Counted from the stretch's first letter, positions 47,750-57,684 are shown. The stretch is 64,000 bases of DNA from an uncultured Candidatus Berkelbacteria bacterium (GCA_963698075.1 OY969116.1:313010-377009), one strand, 5' to 3'. Translations and numbers: made by a program. The notes: a model not told the origin generated them from the letters alone.

Positions 47750-48571
47750 TTACCTCACCCTGCTAGTTGGCTGACCGCCGAAACGATGACCGTGACCGAC
47801 TGTGCTTTTGATTTTTTCCGTGGCCGCATCGCGAATTTCTTTGCCAGTGATGGCCAAAAAGACATCTTCCATCGTTGGATTAACTTTTCCGGGAACTTGT
47901 TTTTTTAGATTTTGCACCGTATCTAAGGCCACAATTTTACCATGATCAATAATCGCAATTCGGTCCGAAAGCTCCTCGGCTTCGAGCATATCGTGGGTGG
48001 TCAGTAAGACCGTGACACCTTGGTCATTTAATTCTTGAATAAATGTGCGAATTAAATGGGTCGTTTGCGGATCAAGCCCCAAAGTCGGCTCATCCAAAAA
48101 CAAAACGTCTGGCTCGGTCAAAAGCGCTCGGACGATATTAATTCTCTGTTTCATGCCGGTCGAAAAAGTCTCGACTCGAGAATCCATCCATTCGGTCATA
48201 TGCAACCGCTCAACCCATTTTTCTGAGCGTTCCTTGATTTGTTCCTTGGTCAAATGGAAAAGTCGGCCGAAGAAATTTAAATTTTCTCGCGCCGTCAAGT
48301 GCGGATACAGGATGATTTTTTCCGCCACAAGACCGATGTGTTTTCTGACCTCGTCCTGGTCGCGTTCGATATCGTAGCCGGCCAACTTTGCCTCGCCGAA
48401 AGTGGGTCGAAGCAGGGTGGTCAACATTCGGATAGTTGTCGATTTACCGGCACCATTTGGACCCAAAAAACCAAAAATTTCCCCCTTGTGAATTTCAAAA
48501 TTAATGTTATCGACTGCCACAAAATCACGAAATTTTTTGGTGAGGTCTTTTACCTCGATAATATTTTCCAT
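47750..48571 (-). CDS. ABC exporter ATP-binding protein (DrrA-like)
   Basis: GPNGAGKST, FSTGMKQR, LDEPTLGLDP. Confidence 0.95.
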   Translation of the reverse strand: MENIIEVKDLTKKFRDFVAVDNINFEIHKGEIFGFLGPNGAGKSTTIRMLTTLLRPTFGEAKLAGYDIERDQDEVRKHIGLVAEKIILYPHLTARENLNFFGRLFHLTKEQIKERSEKWVERLHMTEWMDSRVETFSTGMKQRINIVRALLTEPDVLFLDEPTLGLDPQTTHLIRTFIQELNDQGVTVLLTTHDMLEAEELSDRIAIIDHGKIVALDTVQNLKKQVPGKVNPTMEDVFLAITGKEIRDAATEKIKSTVGHGHRFGGQPTSRVR

Positions 48572-48807
48572 TACTCTCGCTCTCCTTCTATTTTTGAGAG
48601 AATTCTTTTCAAAAATCCAGACATTTCGTCGATCTTGATTAAACCGATAAATCGATCGTGTCTGGCAAAGACAAACAATTTTTCTCCTTTTTTTAATTTG
48701 AGATCTTTGCGAATTTCAGCGGGAATAACAATTTGACCCCGTTCCCCCACCGAAGTCACACCCGTAAGTTTATTTTCAACAAAGTGTTCAAAGATATGTT
48801 TTTTCAT
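48571..48807 (-). CDS. AbrB/MazE/SpoVT family DNA-binding protein (probably leaderless)
   Basis: VGERGQIVIPAEIRKDLKLKKGEKL; TTGACA-17-TAATAT promoter ends about 7 nt before ATG 48807. Confidence 0.88.
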   Translation of the reverse strand: MKKHIFEHFVENKLTGVTSVGERGQIVIPAEIRKDLKLKKGEKLFVFARHDRFIGLIKIDEMSGFLKRILSKIEGERE

Positions 48808-48853
48808 ACATTTCATATTACTATTGTATTTATCATTTGTCAAGCCCCGCCTG

Positions 48854-49906
48854 TCAATATTTATCTAAAACCATCTGCCAAATTGCAGCAGCGACATTAC
48901 GCGGCTTTCCTTGACAGGGATAATGGTGCATATCAATAAAAGGCAAGGAATTAATTTCAATAACATAAACAGAATTCTTCCGACTAGGACTTTTTGCAAT
49001 GTCTGGCACTAGAATGTCTAAACCCAGAATCCTCGCATCGAAGATTTGAGTAACCCTAAGACAAAGCTCTGCAATTTTAGGATTAATTTTTTCTGTCACA
49101 TCAATGATATCTGCCCCTGAACCAAGGTTGATTTTTTGATTTAAAACTACCACTCGATTTTTGGCTGGTATAGTCTCGGTATTCAAATTCTGCTCTCTTA
49201 ATAATCCTAAATCGATTTTTATTGGACAAATGGTAGGAGCAACGCGCCGGGGATCTCGATTTTTGATTTTAACCAACTGAGAAATCTTATGGGCCCCATC
49301 ACCAATAACTTCTGGTGGTTTTCGTAAACAGACAGCAACAATATGATTATTGACAATTGTCACTCGGTAATTTTGACCAATTAAAAATTCTTCGATTAAA
49401 AATTTTCTGCCGTATTCTCTAACATCTTTAACTGCCTGAATAAGCTCTTTTTTATTTCTAATATTAATTGTCACTCCCAAACAACGTGATTCATTGATCG
49501 GCTTAATAACAACTGGATAATTCTTGGTCGCAATGTAGCGCAAGGCTTCCTCGACGCTAGAAACTAATTGACCATCAGCGGTAGGGATTCTTTTCTGCCA
49601 CAAAATTTTTTTGACAAACCATTTATTATCGACTGACTCTTGATAAAAACGGTTGTAGGCGTTGCCTAAAGGCATGGTTTCATAAAAATAGTACTTGCAG
49701 TTTTTATGAACTTGGTAAAAACGAGTCGGCTTGCCTTTTAGTGAAAGATTTTCAATTTTTAGGCAGCGCTTTTTTGCCTCTTCAATTAAAACTAAATCAC
49801 GGCCGTTTATTTTATGATTTATTTCTTGGGTCCATTTAGCGATGCCAAAGATTTCTAAAGTTTTAATTAAAGTTTTTAGGAAACATTCAAAAATCTTATT
49901 TTTCAT
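48854..49906 (-). CDS. Stand-alone ATP-grasp ligase (cyanophycin synthetase / GshF-like domain)
   Basis: DNKW..K.IL, PVVIKP...GVT.NI, IEEF, YRV.IV, P.VIGDG, GLDIL, IEINSLP. Confidence 0.85.
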   Translation of the reverse strand: MKNKIFECFLKTLIKTLEIFGIAKWTQEINHKINGRDLVLIEEAKKRCLKIENLSLKGKPTRFYQVHKNCKYYFYETMPLGNAYNRFYQESVDNKWFVKKILWQKRIPTADGQLVSSVEEALRYIATKNYPVVIKPINESRCLGVTINIRNKKELIQAVKDVREYGRKFLIEEFLIGQNYRVTIVNNHIVAVCLRKPPEVIGDGAHKISQLVKIKNRDPRRVAPTICPIKIDLGLLREQNLNTETIPAKNRVVVLNQKINLGSGADIIDVTEKINPKIAELCLRVTQIFDARILGLDILVPDIAKSPSRKNSVYVIEINSLPFIDMHHYPCQGKPRNVAAAIWQMVLDKY

Positions 49907-49913
49907 AATTTTC

Positions 49914-49989
49914 TGGTGCCCTCGGCAGGATTTGAACCCGCGACCTCTGGCACCGGAGGCCAGCGTTCTGTCCACTGAACTACGAGGGC
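49914..49989 (-). tRNA. tRNA-Arg(CCG)
   Basis: Cloverleaf; ctggc-ctCCGgt-gccag; CCA. Confidence 0.93.
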
Positions 49990-49990
49990 C

Positions 49991-50066
49991 TGGCGCCCTC
50001 GGGCCGAGTCGAACGGCCAACCTCTCCCTTAGGACGGGATCGCTCTATCCATTGAGCTACGAGGGC
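49991..50066 (-). tRNA. tRNA-Arg(CCT)
   Basis: Cloverleaf; tccc-gtCCTaa-ggga; CCA. Confidence 0.9.
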
Positions 50067-50171
50067 TTTAGATAGATTTTATCATTTTTGTAAGATATAA
50101 TAAACTTGTTTAAAGAATCACTCCTTAGGGAGAAGTTTTTTTCAAAGAGTAAATTTGAAAATAAAGTTACT

Positions 50172-50246
50172 CGGGGACTGGCCTAATGGTAAGGCGCAGC
50201 GTTCGGGACGCTGAGATTCCGGGTTCGACTCCCGGGTCCCCGACCA
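50172..50246 (+). tRNA. tRNA-Pro(CGG)
   Basis: Cloverleaf; cagcg-ttCGGga-cgctg; CCA. Confidence 0.93.
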
Positions 50247-50369
50247 ATCTACTCTTCTCTTGACCTAATAAACCTATGATGTTAAGATGTTTATCGGCAG
50301 CAATATGGAAGTTATGCTTTCAGCTTGCTGCCTGTAAGCAGTGCATCAACGCCAGGAGGTAGCGAGACA

Positions 50370-50795
50370 ATGGCTGTCGCGTCCATCGAACTCCGAGATC
50401 TTGAATGTCCCAAATGCCAACAGGTCTTCCTTGAAAGCGATTTCATCTATTGTCCGTATTGCGAAGACGATGAAGTCCTCCATAATGCCGTTCTTGTCCC
50501 CAAAGGACCCGATCCAGCTGAACTCGCGGTCTTCGACGAAACCCAGATTTGGCTAATTGCCTCCCAACTCGGTGACGCCATTCTCCAAGAGATCCAGAAA
50601 CCGATTGATCGCCCCTCAGGCAATTGCTTTCACGAATATGGCTACTACCGAGGGTTAGCTATGCTTATTGCCAGCACCTTTGATCTTCCAGAAATCCCTC
50701 CTTACCACCTTGAATATCGCGTTGACGACTTCAGGCAACTTTGTTGCTACATTCTCTGGGCTAAAGACCACAAGGAGCATCTGCAAATTGACTAA
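50370..50795 (+). CDS. Hypothetical protein with N-terminal Zn ribbon
   Basis: AGGAGGT RBS; CPKC...CPYC. Confidence 0.7.
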   Translation: MAVASIELRDLECPKCQQVFLESDFIYCPYCEDDEVLHNAVLVPKGPDPAELAVFDETQIWLIASQLGDAILQEIQKPIDRPSGNCFHEYGYYRGLAMLIASTFDLPEIPPYHLEYRVDDFRQLCCYILWAKDHKEHLQID

Positions 50796-50955
50796 AGTTG
50801 CCCTACTCAAAGGATTGAAATTATCGTATCGCAACGCCTGTCCTTGGTGCCACCGACCGGTGCAGGGTAAGAAACCAGTTGACCGGTGTCCAAAATGCGG
50901 CCAAACCTTCTATCGAGTCCGCAAGACCAAACCTGTCTTATCACCTCCCGCCTAA
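50788..50955 (+). CDS. Small Zn-ribbon protein (TTG start)
   Basis: AAGGAG RBS; CPWC...CPKC; overlaps upstream stop. Confidence 0.55.
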   Translation: MTKVALLKGLKLSYRNACPWCHRPVQGKKPVDRCPKCGQTFYRVRKTKPVLSPPA

Positions 50956-51124
50956 CGGCGGGAGCTTCGTATCTTGACTTTTATTAATAAATATGCTATG
51001 CTATATTTAGAAGTTTGAAAGTACTCGTGTGTATTGAACGTAAGTGAAATACCCCGAGAAACGCAAACGGGGTCCCGCTAAACGGGATCGGGGTCGATAA
51101 AAATTAAGTTTTCGAAAGTGAAAA

Positions 51125-51394
51125 ATGGAAGAACAAAAGAATAAGCTCTACGTGGGCAATTTGCCCTATTCTGTCAATGATGATAGCTTAAAGGAAACCT
51201 TCGCCGCTTCCGGGGAAGTAACCGAAGCCAAAGTAATCCTCGATAAATTTTCTGGACGATCAAAAGGTTTTGGCTTTGTAACGATGAAAGATGACAAAGC
51301 CGCCGAAAAAGCCATTGCTGATTTAGACGGTAAAGAAGTTGAAGGCCGTCCAATCAAGGTCAATGTCGCTCGTCCAATGAGACCCAGAGAATAA
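51125..51394 (+). CDS. RRM (RNP-1) RNA-binding protein
   Basis: KLYVGNL, GRSKGFGFV, V.GRPIKVNVARP. Confidence 0.95.
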   Translation: MEEQKNKLYVGNLPYSVNDDSLKETFAASGEVTEAKVILDKFSGRSKGFGFVTMKDDKAAEKAIADLDGKEVEGRPIKVNVARPMRPRE

Positions 51395-51426
51395 ATAGAG
51401 CAAAATACCTGCCCCCGCAGGCAGGC

Positions 51427-51462
51427 AAAAATCCGCCGATGAGCAATCTGAGGCGGATTTTT
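51427..51462 (+). terminator. Terminator after RRM gene
   Basis: aaaaatccgcc...ggcggattttt. Confidence 0.65.
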
Positions 51463-51511
51463 GTTTCTTGAAAATGTTATTTATGTTAAAATAATACTAT
51501 AGAAGAAAAAA

Positions 51512-52099
51512 ATGAAAAAAACTTATTGGATTATTATTCTAATCGTTTTGGCCTTAATTGCGGGTGTCTTTGGCTATCTCTTTTTTACCAAACCCAGCCG
51601 ACCAACACCTTCAGCCAGTCCATCCAATCAGCCTAGCTCCACTTTAACTAATACGCCTTCAGCCACAACTTCAACTGCCACCCCTATCGGCACCACTAAA
51701 ATCAAAATCTTTATGATTGCCGTGGATGACAATGGCGCCTCCGGTAAACTAATTGGTTGCGGCGACAGCGCCGTTGCCGTTGAGCGCGAAGTCCCCCAAA
51801 CCCAAGCAGTACTCAAGGCAGCAATGGAGCAGTTGATTTCTGTAAAAGACTCGACCTACGGCGGGTCTGGACTGACTAATCCACTCTCTCAATCCAGCCT
51901 CAATTTTGTCAGCGCCACAATCGACAATGGCAAAGCCACGGTTAAATTTACCGGCAATCTGAGTTTGCCTGGTGAATGCGGCGATGCCCGCATCCAAGCT
52001 CAATTCGAACAAACCGCCTTGCAATTTCCGAACGTCGAAAGCGTTGACATTTTTATTAATGATCAAAACTTGCGTGATTTAATATCTCAAGAAGGATGA
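51512..52099 (+). CDS. GerMN-domain membrane-anchored protein
   Basis: TM, S/T linker, GCGDSAVAVER, AAMEQL, QFEQTALQFPNV..V.IFIN. Confidence 0.8.
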   Translation: MKKTYWIIILIVLALIAGVFGYLFFTKPSRPTPSASPSNQPSSTLTNTPSATTSTATPIGTTKIKIFMIAVDDNGASGKLIGCGDSAVAVEREVPQTQAVLKAAMEQLISVKDSTYGGSGLTNPLSQSSLNFVSATIDNGKATVKFTGNLSLPGECGDARIQAQFEQTALQFPNVESVDIFINDQNLRDLISQEG

Positions 52100-52368
52100 A
52101 AAGAGTTCATGTTTTTTACTCCGGCAATATTCAAGGAATCGGATTTCGCTTCGCCACCCTGGATTTTGCCCAAAAACTTAGCATTAATGGTTGGGTAAAA
52201 AATTTAGCCGATGGTCGAGTGGAAATAGTCGTTGAAGGTCAAGAAAAAATCCTCCAAGTTTTTTTGGATAAAGTCGGAAAACAGTTTCAAAACTATATCA
52301 AAGATGTTAAGCTCGAATGGCAAAAGCCAATTGAAGAATTTAAAAATTTTGAAATAAAATTTGATTAG
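52096..52368 (+). CDS. acyP: Acylphosphatase
   Basis: SGNIQGIGFR, GWVKNLADGRVE. Confidence 0.93.
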   Translation: MKRVHVFYSGNIQGIGFRFATLDFAQKLSINGWVKNLADGRVEIVVEGQEKILQVFLDKVGKQFQNYIKDVKLEWQKPIEEFKNFEIKFD

Positions 52369-52376
52369 GAGGTTAG

Positions 52377-52820
52377 ATGAGAATTTTAAGTTCTGCATTC
52401 CAAAACAATCAAAAGATTCCAGCCAAATACACCTGTGATGGCCAAAATATCAATCCACCGCTGGAGTTTGTCGAGGTTCCTGGCAATGCCCAAAGTTTGG
52501 CTCTTATTTGTGATGACCCTGATGCCGTCGTCGGCACCTGGACCCATTGGTTAGTCTGGAATATTGATCCCAAAACTGCCCAAATCGCCGAAAACAATGT
52601 CCCGACTGGAGCCATTCAAGGTAAGACCAGTTCTGGGGGAAATATCTATCATGGCCCTTGTCCACCCTCTGGTACTCATCGTTATTTCTTTAAAGTCTAC
52701 GCCCTTGATCTAAAACTAGATCCGGCACCAGACGCCGATAAAACTAGTCTTGAGGAAGCTTTGAAAGGTCACATTATTGAAGAAGCGGAATTAATAGGTC
52801 TCTATATGCGAGAACCATGA
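52377..52820 (+). CDS. YbhB/YbcL (PEBP/RKIP) family protein
   Basis: KYTCDG, DDPDA, THWLVWNI, GPCPPSGTHRY. Confidence 0.93.
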   Translation: MRILSSAFQNNQKIPAKYTCDGQNINPPLEFVEVPGNAQSLALICDDPDAVVGTWTHWLVWNIDPKTAQIAENNVPTGAIQGKTSSGGNIYHGPCPPSGTHRYFFKVYALDLKLDPAPDADKTSLEEALKGHIIEEAELIGLYMREP

Positions 52821-52842
52821 AGGATTATCTGGCGATAGAGTC

Positions 52843-53106
52843 CTATTTTTTTAATCCCATTTTTGCTTTAAAAAAAGGTAAAAATTTAGCTGGGATATTA
52901 TGAATTTGTTTTGTCCGAGGGTTAATAAATTCCCGTGCCTTTCTTTGGGCTAAGGAAAAAGTTCCAAAACCAGAAATGGTCACTTTTTCACCACGGCTTA
53001 AGCCTTCTTTAATAGTGCTGACGAAACAATCCAGAATTTTTGTCGCCTCCTCCTCTGATATCCCAGACTCTTGAGAAACAACCTTAATCAATTCACTTTT
53101 TTCCAT
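52843..53106 (-). CDS. hup: HU family DNA-binding protein
   Basis: MEKSELI, GEKVTISGFGTF, R.AR..INPRT. Confidence 0.9.
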   Translation of the reverse strand: MEKSELIKVVSQESGISEEEATKILDCFVSTIKEGLSRGEKVTISGFGTFSLAQRKAREFINPRTKQIHNIPAKFLPFFKAKMGLKK

Positions 53107-53115
53107 AAGCCCTCC

Positions 53116-53226
53116 GCTCCTGAATTCCGCTCCCGCGAAAGCGGGAAGGAAGTTCAGGAAGCCCCGCAGATGACGCTCCTGTGTGATTGAACGTAGTTCA
53201 ATAAACAGGAAGGAATTGTGCGGGGC
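53116..53226. ncRNA. Candidate structured RNA between rny and hup (two long hairpins)
   Basis: tcctgaa..tcccgc-gaaa-gcggga..ttcagga; gccccgca..tcctgt..ttgaac-gta-gttcaa..acagga..tgcggggc. Confidence 0.45.
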
Positions 53227-53235
53227 ATATTTTTA

Positions 53236-54726
53236 CTATTTAGCAAACTCTATCGCCCTGGTCTCACGAATGACATTAACTTTAATTGTCCCCGGATACT
53301 GCAGATCTTCTTCAATTTTTTTGGCAATATTTTTCGATAGTTTGATCGCTTCCAAATCACCAATTTCCTCAGGCTTGACAATAATCCTTACTTCGCGGCC
53401 AGCTTGAATGGCGTATGATTTTTCTACTCCGGGAAAAGAATTAGCAATATTTTCAAGTTCCTCTAAACGTTTGACATAGTTTTCCAGGGTTTCCCGTCTG
53501 GCACCGGGTCTCGAGCCAGAAATGGCATCAGCCGCTTTGACAATAATTGCCTCAACTGTTTTGGCTTCAACGTCATCATGGTGAGCGACGATGGCGTGAG
53601 TGATATCCTCGGAAAGACCGTATTTTTTAGCAATGTCGACACTAATGTGATGATGGGGCCCGGGAATATCGTGGTCAACGGCTTTGCCGATGTCGTGCAA
53701 CAGGGCCGCCTTTTTGGCTAAGTTAACGTCAGCCCCAAGTTCCGAGGCCAACATTCCCGCAATGTGGGCCGCCTCGATTGAATGGGCTAAAACATTTTGA
53801 CCGTAGGATGTTCGAAATTTAAGTCTCCCTAAAATTTTTAATAAATCAGGGTGAAGACCAGCGACGCCCACCTCATAAGCCGCCTGCTCGCCCGCCTCGC
53901 GAATCTCTTGACCGATTTCTTCGCGTGCTTTTTTAACTTGTTCTTCGATCCTTGTCGGATGAATCCGACCATCAGCGATTAATTTCTCTAAGGCAACTTT
54001 GGCTATTTGCCGACGGATGGGATCAAACGCAGAAATCACGACCGTGTCTGGGGTATCATCAATAATTAAATCCGTTCCGGTCTCTTTCTCAAAAATTTGA
54101 ATGTTGCGGCCCTCGCGACCAATAATTCTTCCCTTCATTTCATCAGAAGGTAAACTGACAGCCGTAGTTGTTGTTTCGGCAGTATGTTCTGAAGCCAAGC
54201 GTTGAATCACGGTTGACAAAATTTCTCGAGCAATATTTTGGGCCTCTTCTCGAGCAATTTCTTTTTGTTCCTTAATTTTTTTAATTAAGTCGTCTTTGTA
54301 TTCTTTTTCAACTGAAGCCAAGAGTAATTCACGAGCTTCCTCTTTTTTAATGTTGGCAATTTTTTCCAGAGTCTCTACCTGCTTAACTTTTACTTGAGCG
54401 ATTTCATTCTTGATTGAATTAATCTCTTTTTCTCTCTCAACAACCTTTTCTTTTTCGGTATCAACTGATTCGAGTCGACGATCAATCATTTCTTCGCGAC
54501 GACGAAGATTTTTCTCAAGCTCTTGGAGATCGCGCCTGAGTCTTTCTTCTTCTTTTTTAGCTTCCTCTTTAATTTTTAGAGCTTCATCTTTGGCCTGAAG
54601 TAAAAGTTCTTTTTGTTTTTGTGATGACTGATCCTTTTCCCTTTTGGCGAGGTAAATTCTTCCAAAATAGCCCGCGGCCCCACCGCCCACAACCGCGGCA
54701 ATTAAATACCATATTAAATTGTTCAT
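53236..54726 (-). CDS. rny: Ribonuclease Y
   Basis: TM, coiled coil, [41 protein letters not shown]. Confidence 0.98.
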   Translation of the reverse strand: MNNLIWYLIAAVVGGGAAGYFGRIYLAKREKDQSSQKQKELLLQAKDEALKIKEEAKKEEERLRRDLQELEKNLRRREEMIDRRLESVDTEKEKVVEREKEINSIKNEIAQVKVKQVETLEKIANIKKEEARELLLASVEKEYKDDLIKKIKEQKEIAREEAQNIAREILSTVIQRLASEHTAETTTTAVSLPSDEMKGRIIGREGRNIQIFEKETGTDLIIDDTPDTVVISAFDPIRRQIAKVALEKLIADGRIHPTRIEEQVKKAREEIGQEIREAGEQAAYEVGVAGLHPDLLKILGRLKFRTSYGQNVLAHSIEAAHIAGMLASELGADVNLAKKAALLHDIGKAVDHDIPGPHHHISVDIAKKYGLSEDITHAIVAHHDDVEAKTVEAIIVKAADAISGSRPGARRETLENYVKRLEELENIANSFPGVEKSYAIQAGREVRIIVKPEEIGDLEAIKLSKNIAKKIEEDLQYPGTIKVNVIRETRAIEFAK

Positions 54727-54796
54727 TTGAAACTCCGTATAAAAAGTCTTTCATCTTAAATTCTCAAATATATTGTACAATATTTTCGCGGAAAAG

Positions 54797-55555
54797 TCAA
54801 AGTAAAATCAGCATTGCCTTACCGCCTTGTTCGATGGAATCCGGAGAGTCGTTCCAATCATGAATGGCATTAAAGAGGACCTTTTGATTGTATTGATAGT
54901 GTTCACCCCGTTTAGTGCCAATGTCCTGAACAATAATATTATTTCCCGAATAACCAATGACGACTAACATGTGGTAGATCGGTCCGGGTTGGCGAAAATA
55001 AGGATTGCCCAACAAACGACCAGCGGTCGGCACGATCACCGGATGGTCTTGTGAGACTTCTTTTTTGATATTATCAATCGTGATATCATATTTCGCCGTT
55101 AAAGTTAGATTATAAAAACCTTTTGCCATTTCAGCCGTCTCTTTAACCGTCAGGTCCTTATGCGAACCCCAATTTTTAATCTCCCAATCCACCATCTTTA
55201 AAATTTCATCATCCATAGTTTGGGCCGAAATTGAGCTTTTTCCTTCTTGCCACCACTGAACCAAAATCACCGCTGCCTCTTCGCAGGCCTCATCGTGCAA
55301 TTGATCCCAATTAGCGAACGGCGCTTGGGGTTGGAAAGGGAAGTTTTTGATTAAATAAGAGTTGGGTAAGCTTTGAGCTGTTGGTGCTGGCGACTCTTTT
55401 GGAGTTGGAGAGGGGGTTGATAGGATCGCCGATGGAGATATCTCTGGCGAAGAAGCTGTATGAGAAGTTGAATAATATTTTTTATTAATAAAATAACCAA
55501 CCGCGATAACGATTATTAAAGTCCCAATTAATATATATAAATTTCTTTTTTTCAT
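54797..55555 (-). CDS. Membrane-anchored C39-like cysteine peptidase
   Basis: QAPFANW...ACEEAA, YHMLVVIGY, QDIGT. Confidence 0.82.
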   Translation of the reverse strand: MKKRNLYILIGTLIIVIAVGYFINKKYYSTSHTASSPEISPSAILSTPSPTPKESPAPTAQSLPNSYLIKNFPFQPQAPFANWDQLHDEACEEAAVILVQWWQEGKSSISAQTMDDEILKMVDWEIKNWGSHKDLTVKETAEMAKGFYNLTLTAKYDITIDNIKKEVSQDHPVIVPTAGRLLGNPYFRQPGPIYHMLVVIGYSGNNIIVQDIGTKRGEHYQYNQKVLFNAIHDWNDSPDSIEQGGKAMLILL

Positions 55556-55655
55556 TTGGTAGTCAATCGTGGACGACGTTAGAACTATCATAACAAGTTC
55601 AGAGAGTAATATCTATATACCAAAGTTAGTTTGATAGTGTTCTTAATTTCCAATG

Positions 55656-56066
55656 CTACCTATTAACTAAATCTTGCCAATGCTCTTCCAAAAATTGTTT
55701 TTCCTGTGTGAAACCCAAGTCTCTCATTGCTTCTTCGTAGGTAAACCAGTCGTAGTCTTCGTCTGCAGCTTGGTGTTTATAATCATCAGTTTCCAACAAA
55801 AAGAGGTGTATTACTTTTTCTACAACTTCGCCAGTGTCTTCCTTAGATTGCCTTGTTATAGTTCCTAATTTCTTTATCGCTCTCAATCCTTCTAAACCAG
55901 TTTCTTCTTTAACTTCTCTAAGAGCGGTCTGTTCTTCCGTCTCGGCTTTTTGTATATGACCTTTCGGAAACACAAGAAACCCATCCTTGTGTCTAACGAG
56001 AAGCAAGAGTGCGTTTTTGCCATCTCTTTTTAAGACTAAACCGCCAGAAGAATAAGTTTTTTTCAT
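55656..56066 (-). CDS. NUDIX hydrolase
   Basis: FPKGHI...E.EEQTALREVKEETG. Confidence 0.92.
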   Translation of the reverse strand: MKKTYSSGGLVLKRDGKNALLLLVRHKDGFLVFPKGHIQKAETEEQTALREVKEETGLEGLRAIKKLGTITRQSKEDTGEVVEKVIHLFLLETDDYKHQAADEDYDWFTYEEAMRDLGFTQEKQFLEEHWQDLVNR

Positions 56067-56181
56067 CCTATTTCTAACTTAGCAGATAAGCACTTGTCAA
56101 ACAATAAAAAATAGGTCATCACCCCAACGGGATTAGAACCTATTTTCTCCTGTTACTATAATTTCTTAATTTTGTTAACAG

Positions 56182-56360
56182 GTTTGGTAGCGCCGACGGG
56201 ATTCGAAGGTCGGTGTCCAACCGACATTCCTATCGCGCTCGTATTGATTATCTGATATTTTTTCTGATACTGCAATAAAAATCATTCTAAAAGGTCACGT
56301 CCATCATTCCGGGTTCTACCGCGACATTACCAAACACAAAAAGACCACCAGGGTCTTTGT
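56182..56360 (-). mobile_element. tRNA-Glu-linked mini-element with duplicated tRNA 3' end
   Basis: 26-bp direct repeat 56182-56207 / 56361-56386; ggtcggtgtccaaccgac junction shared with 57523-57540. Confidence 0.7.
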
Positions 56361-56363
56361 GTT

Positions 56364-56441
56364 TGGTAGCGCCGACGGGATTCGAACCCGTGATCTCCAG
56401 GATGAAAACCTGGTATCCTAAACCAACTAGACGACGGCGCC
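56364..56441 (-). tRNA. tRNA-Glu(TTC)
   Basis: Cloverleaf; ccagg-ttTTCat-cctgg; CCA. Confidence 0.95.
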
Positions 56442-56483
56442 ATAATGCTTATTTGTCAACTAACGATATATTTCTGGAGCTTT

Positions 56484-56541
56484 GTTCCAGTGGATGAAAA
56501 CCGCCGTGTACGGCCCTAAACCAACTAGACGACGGCGCCAT
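56484..56541 (-). pseudogene. Degenerate copy of tRNA-Glu 5' half
   Basis: ggatgaaaacc...cctaaaccaactagacgacggcgccata repeats 56400-56444. Confidence 0.7.
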
Positions 56542-56861
56542 ATTACCATTTTATATGACAATAAGCCTGAAGTAAAGGAGAAACGGTTTTGCTGCAACAA
56601 AAATAACCCCTCGCATAAAGCTGTGGGTTACACCCTTACTTCCTTGTCGCTTCTGGCTTGCCACCCGAAGCTCCAAAGGAACGAAAGGTGGAGAGACATT
56701 CGGGTCTAGAACCTTTTGGCTCTTTTTTATTAATGAAGCAATTTCCTTTTTTCATAAAGGGGTTTAATTTCTTCAGTTAATTGGTTAGTCACTGCATTCC
56801 CTTCATTCTTTTCTCTGTGGTCTCGATCTACAGCCGTGTATGAGATTTGCCACTGTATTCG

Positions 56862-57422
56862 TTATTTAGTCTGATTTAGCGCATCTTTAATATTGCCCCA
56901 GTATTCTTTGGTCGTATCGAAGAACGGTACATTCAGCTTCTTGCAAACCTCCTCTAAACGTTTACTTTCTGATATCAAAAACTCGAACTCCTCAAGTAAT
57001 TCCTCGTTGCTCATTTCATTAGTCCAGTTGGTTACGTCAAATTCGCGGCATTTTGCCAGTCGTTCTTGTGGTGTTGTATTTGGATAACCAAATACAAAAT
57101 ATTGTAAGTGAGGATACTTCGCATACAAATCCTCAAGCGGCAGAAGGAAGCCTTCAATCACAAAGCCATCTACATCCATTCCGTCGATCATTCGGAAGAC
57201 AAAAGGTCTAAACTTTTGACACACCTCGATGTGTTCTTTGAGGTTGGGCGCTCTATGTGTAATACCTAGCTGCGGAAACACATCCTCAAATCCCTCGATA
57301 ATCGGGTCAATACAAATATGCTGAACAAAATATTTCTTCACCAATTCGTGAGAAAAAGTAGACTTACCGGCAGTGGGTACGCCAGTGACTATAAATTGAT
57401 GAAATTTCTGTTCTTGTCCCAT
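56862..57422 (-). CDS. P-loop kinase-like protein
   Basis: IVTGVPTAGKST Walker A, FVIEG. Confidence 0.75.
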   Translation of the reverse strand: MGQEQKFHQFIVTGVPTAGKSTFSHELVKKYFVQHICIDPIIEGFEDVFPQLGITHRAPNLKEHIEVCQKFRPFVFRMIDGMDVDGFVIEGFLLPLEDLYAKYPHLQYFVFGYPNTTPQERLAKCREFDVTNWTNEMSNEELLEEFEFLISESKRLEEVCKKLNVPFFDTTKEYWGNIKDALNQTK

Positions 57423-57498
57423 AACTTGAATCCCTTTGTTCTTGTATCTTAGAGTCTTTTTTGCTTCTCCTACCTTTTACGCGGTCCCAAGCTTCTAA

Positions 57499-57684
57499 TT
57501 GGAGGGCTCGGTGGGATTCGAAGGTCGGTGTCCAACCGACGTCTCGATTCGTGCTTGTATTGGTTTATCTTAATTTAATGGCTCAATCCATCTGAGCCGT
57601 TCAATTTCTATCTCGTCGGCTATCATTGTGGGTTCTCACCCAACCGACCCAAGCCAGAAACCCCGATAAACCAGGGGTTCTGGC
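57499..57684 (-). mobile_element. tRNA-Lys-linked mini-element with duplicated tRNA 3' end
   Basis: 24-bp direct repeat 57499-57522 / 57685-57708; same junction hairpin as the Glu element. Confidence 0.7.

Noticed and set aside
49907-50020. ATP-grasp ORF extension
   Set aside because: Translates tRNA-Arg genes; the real start is ATG 49906.
56482-56709. 75-aa plus-strand ORF
   Set aside because: Composed of a tRNA fragment and repeat-like DNA.
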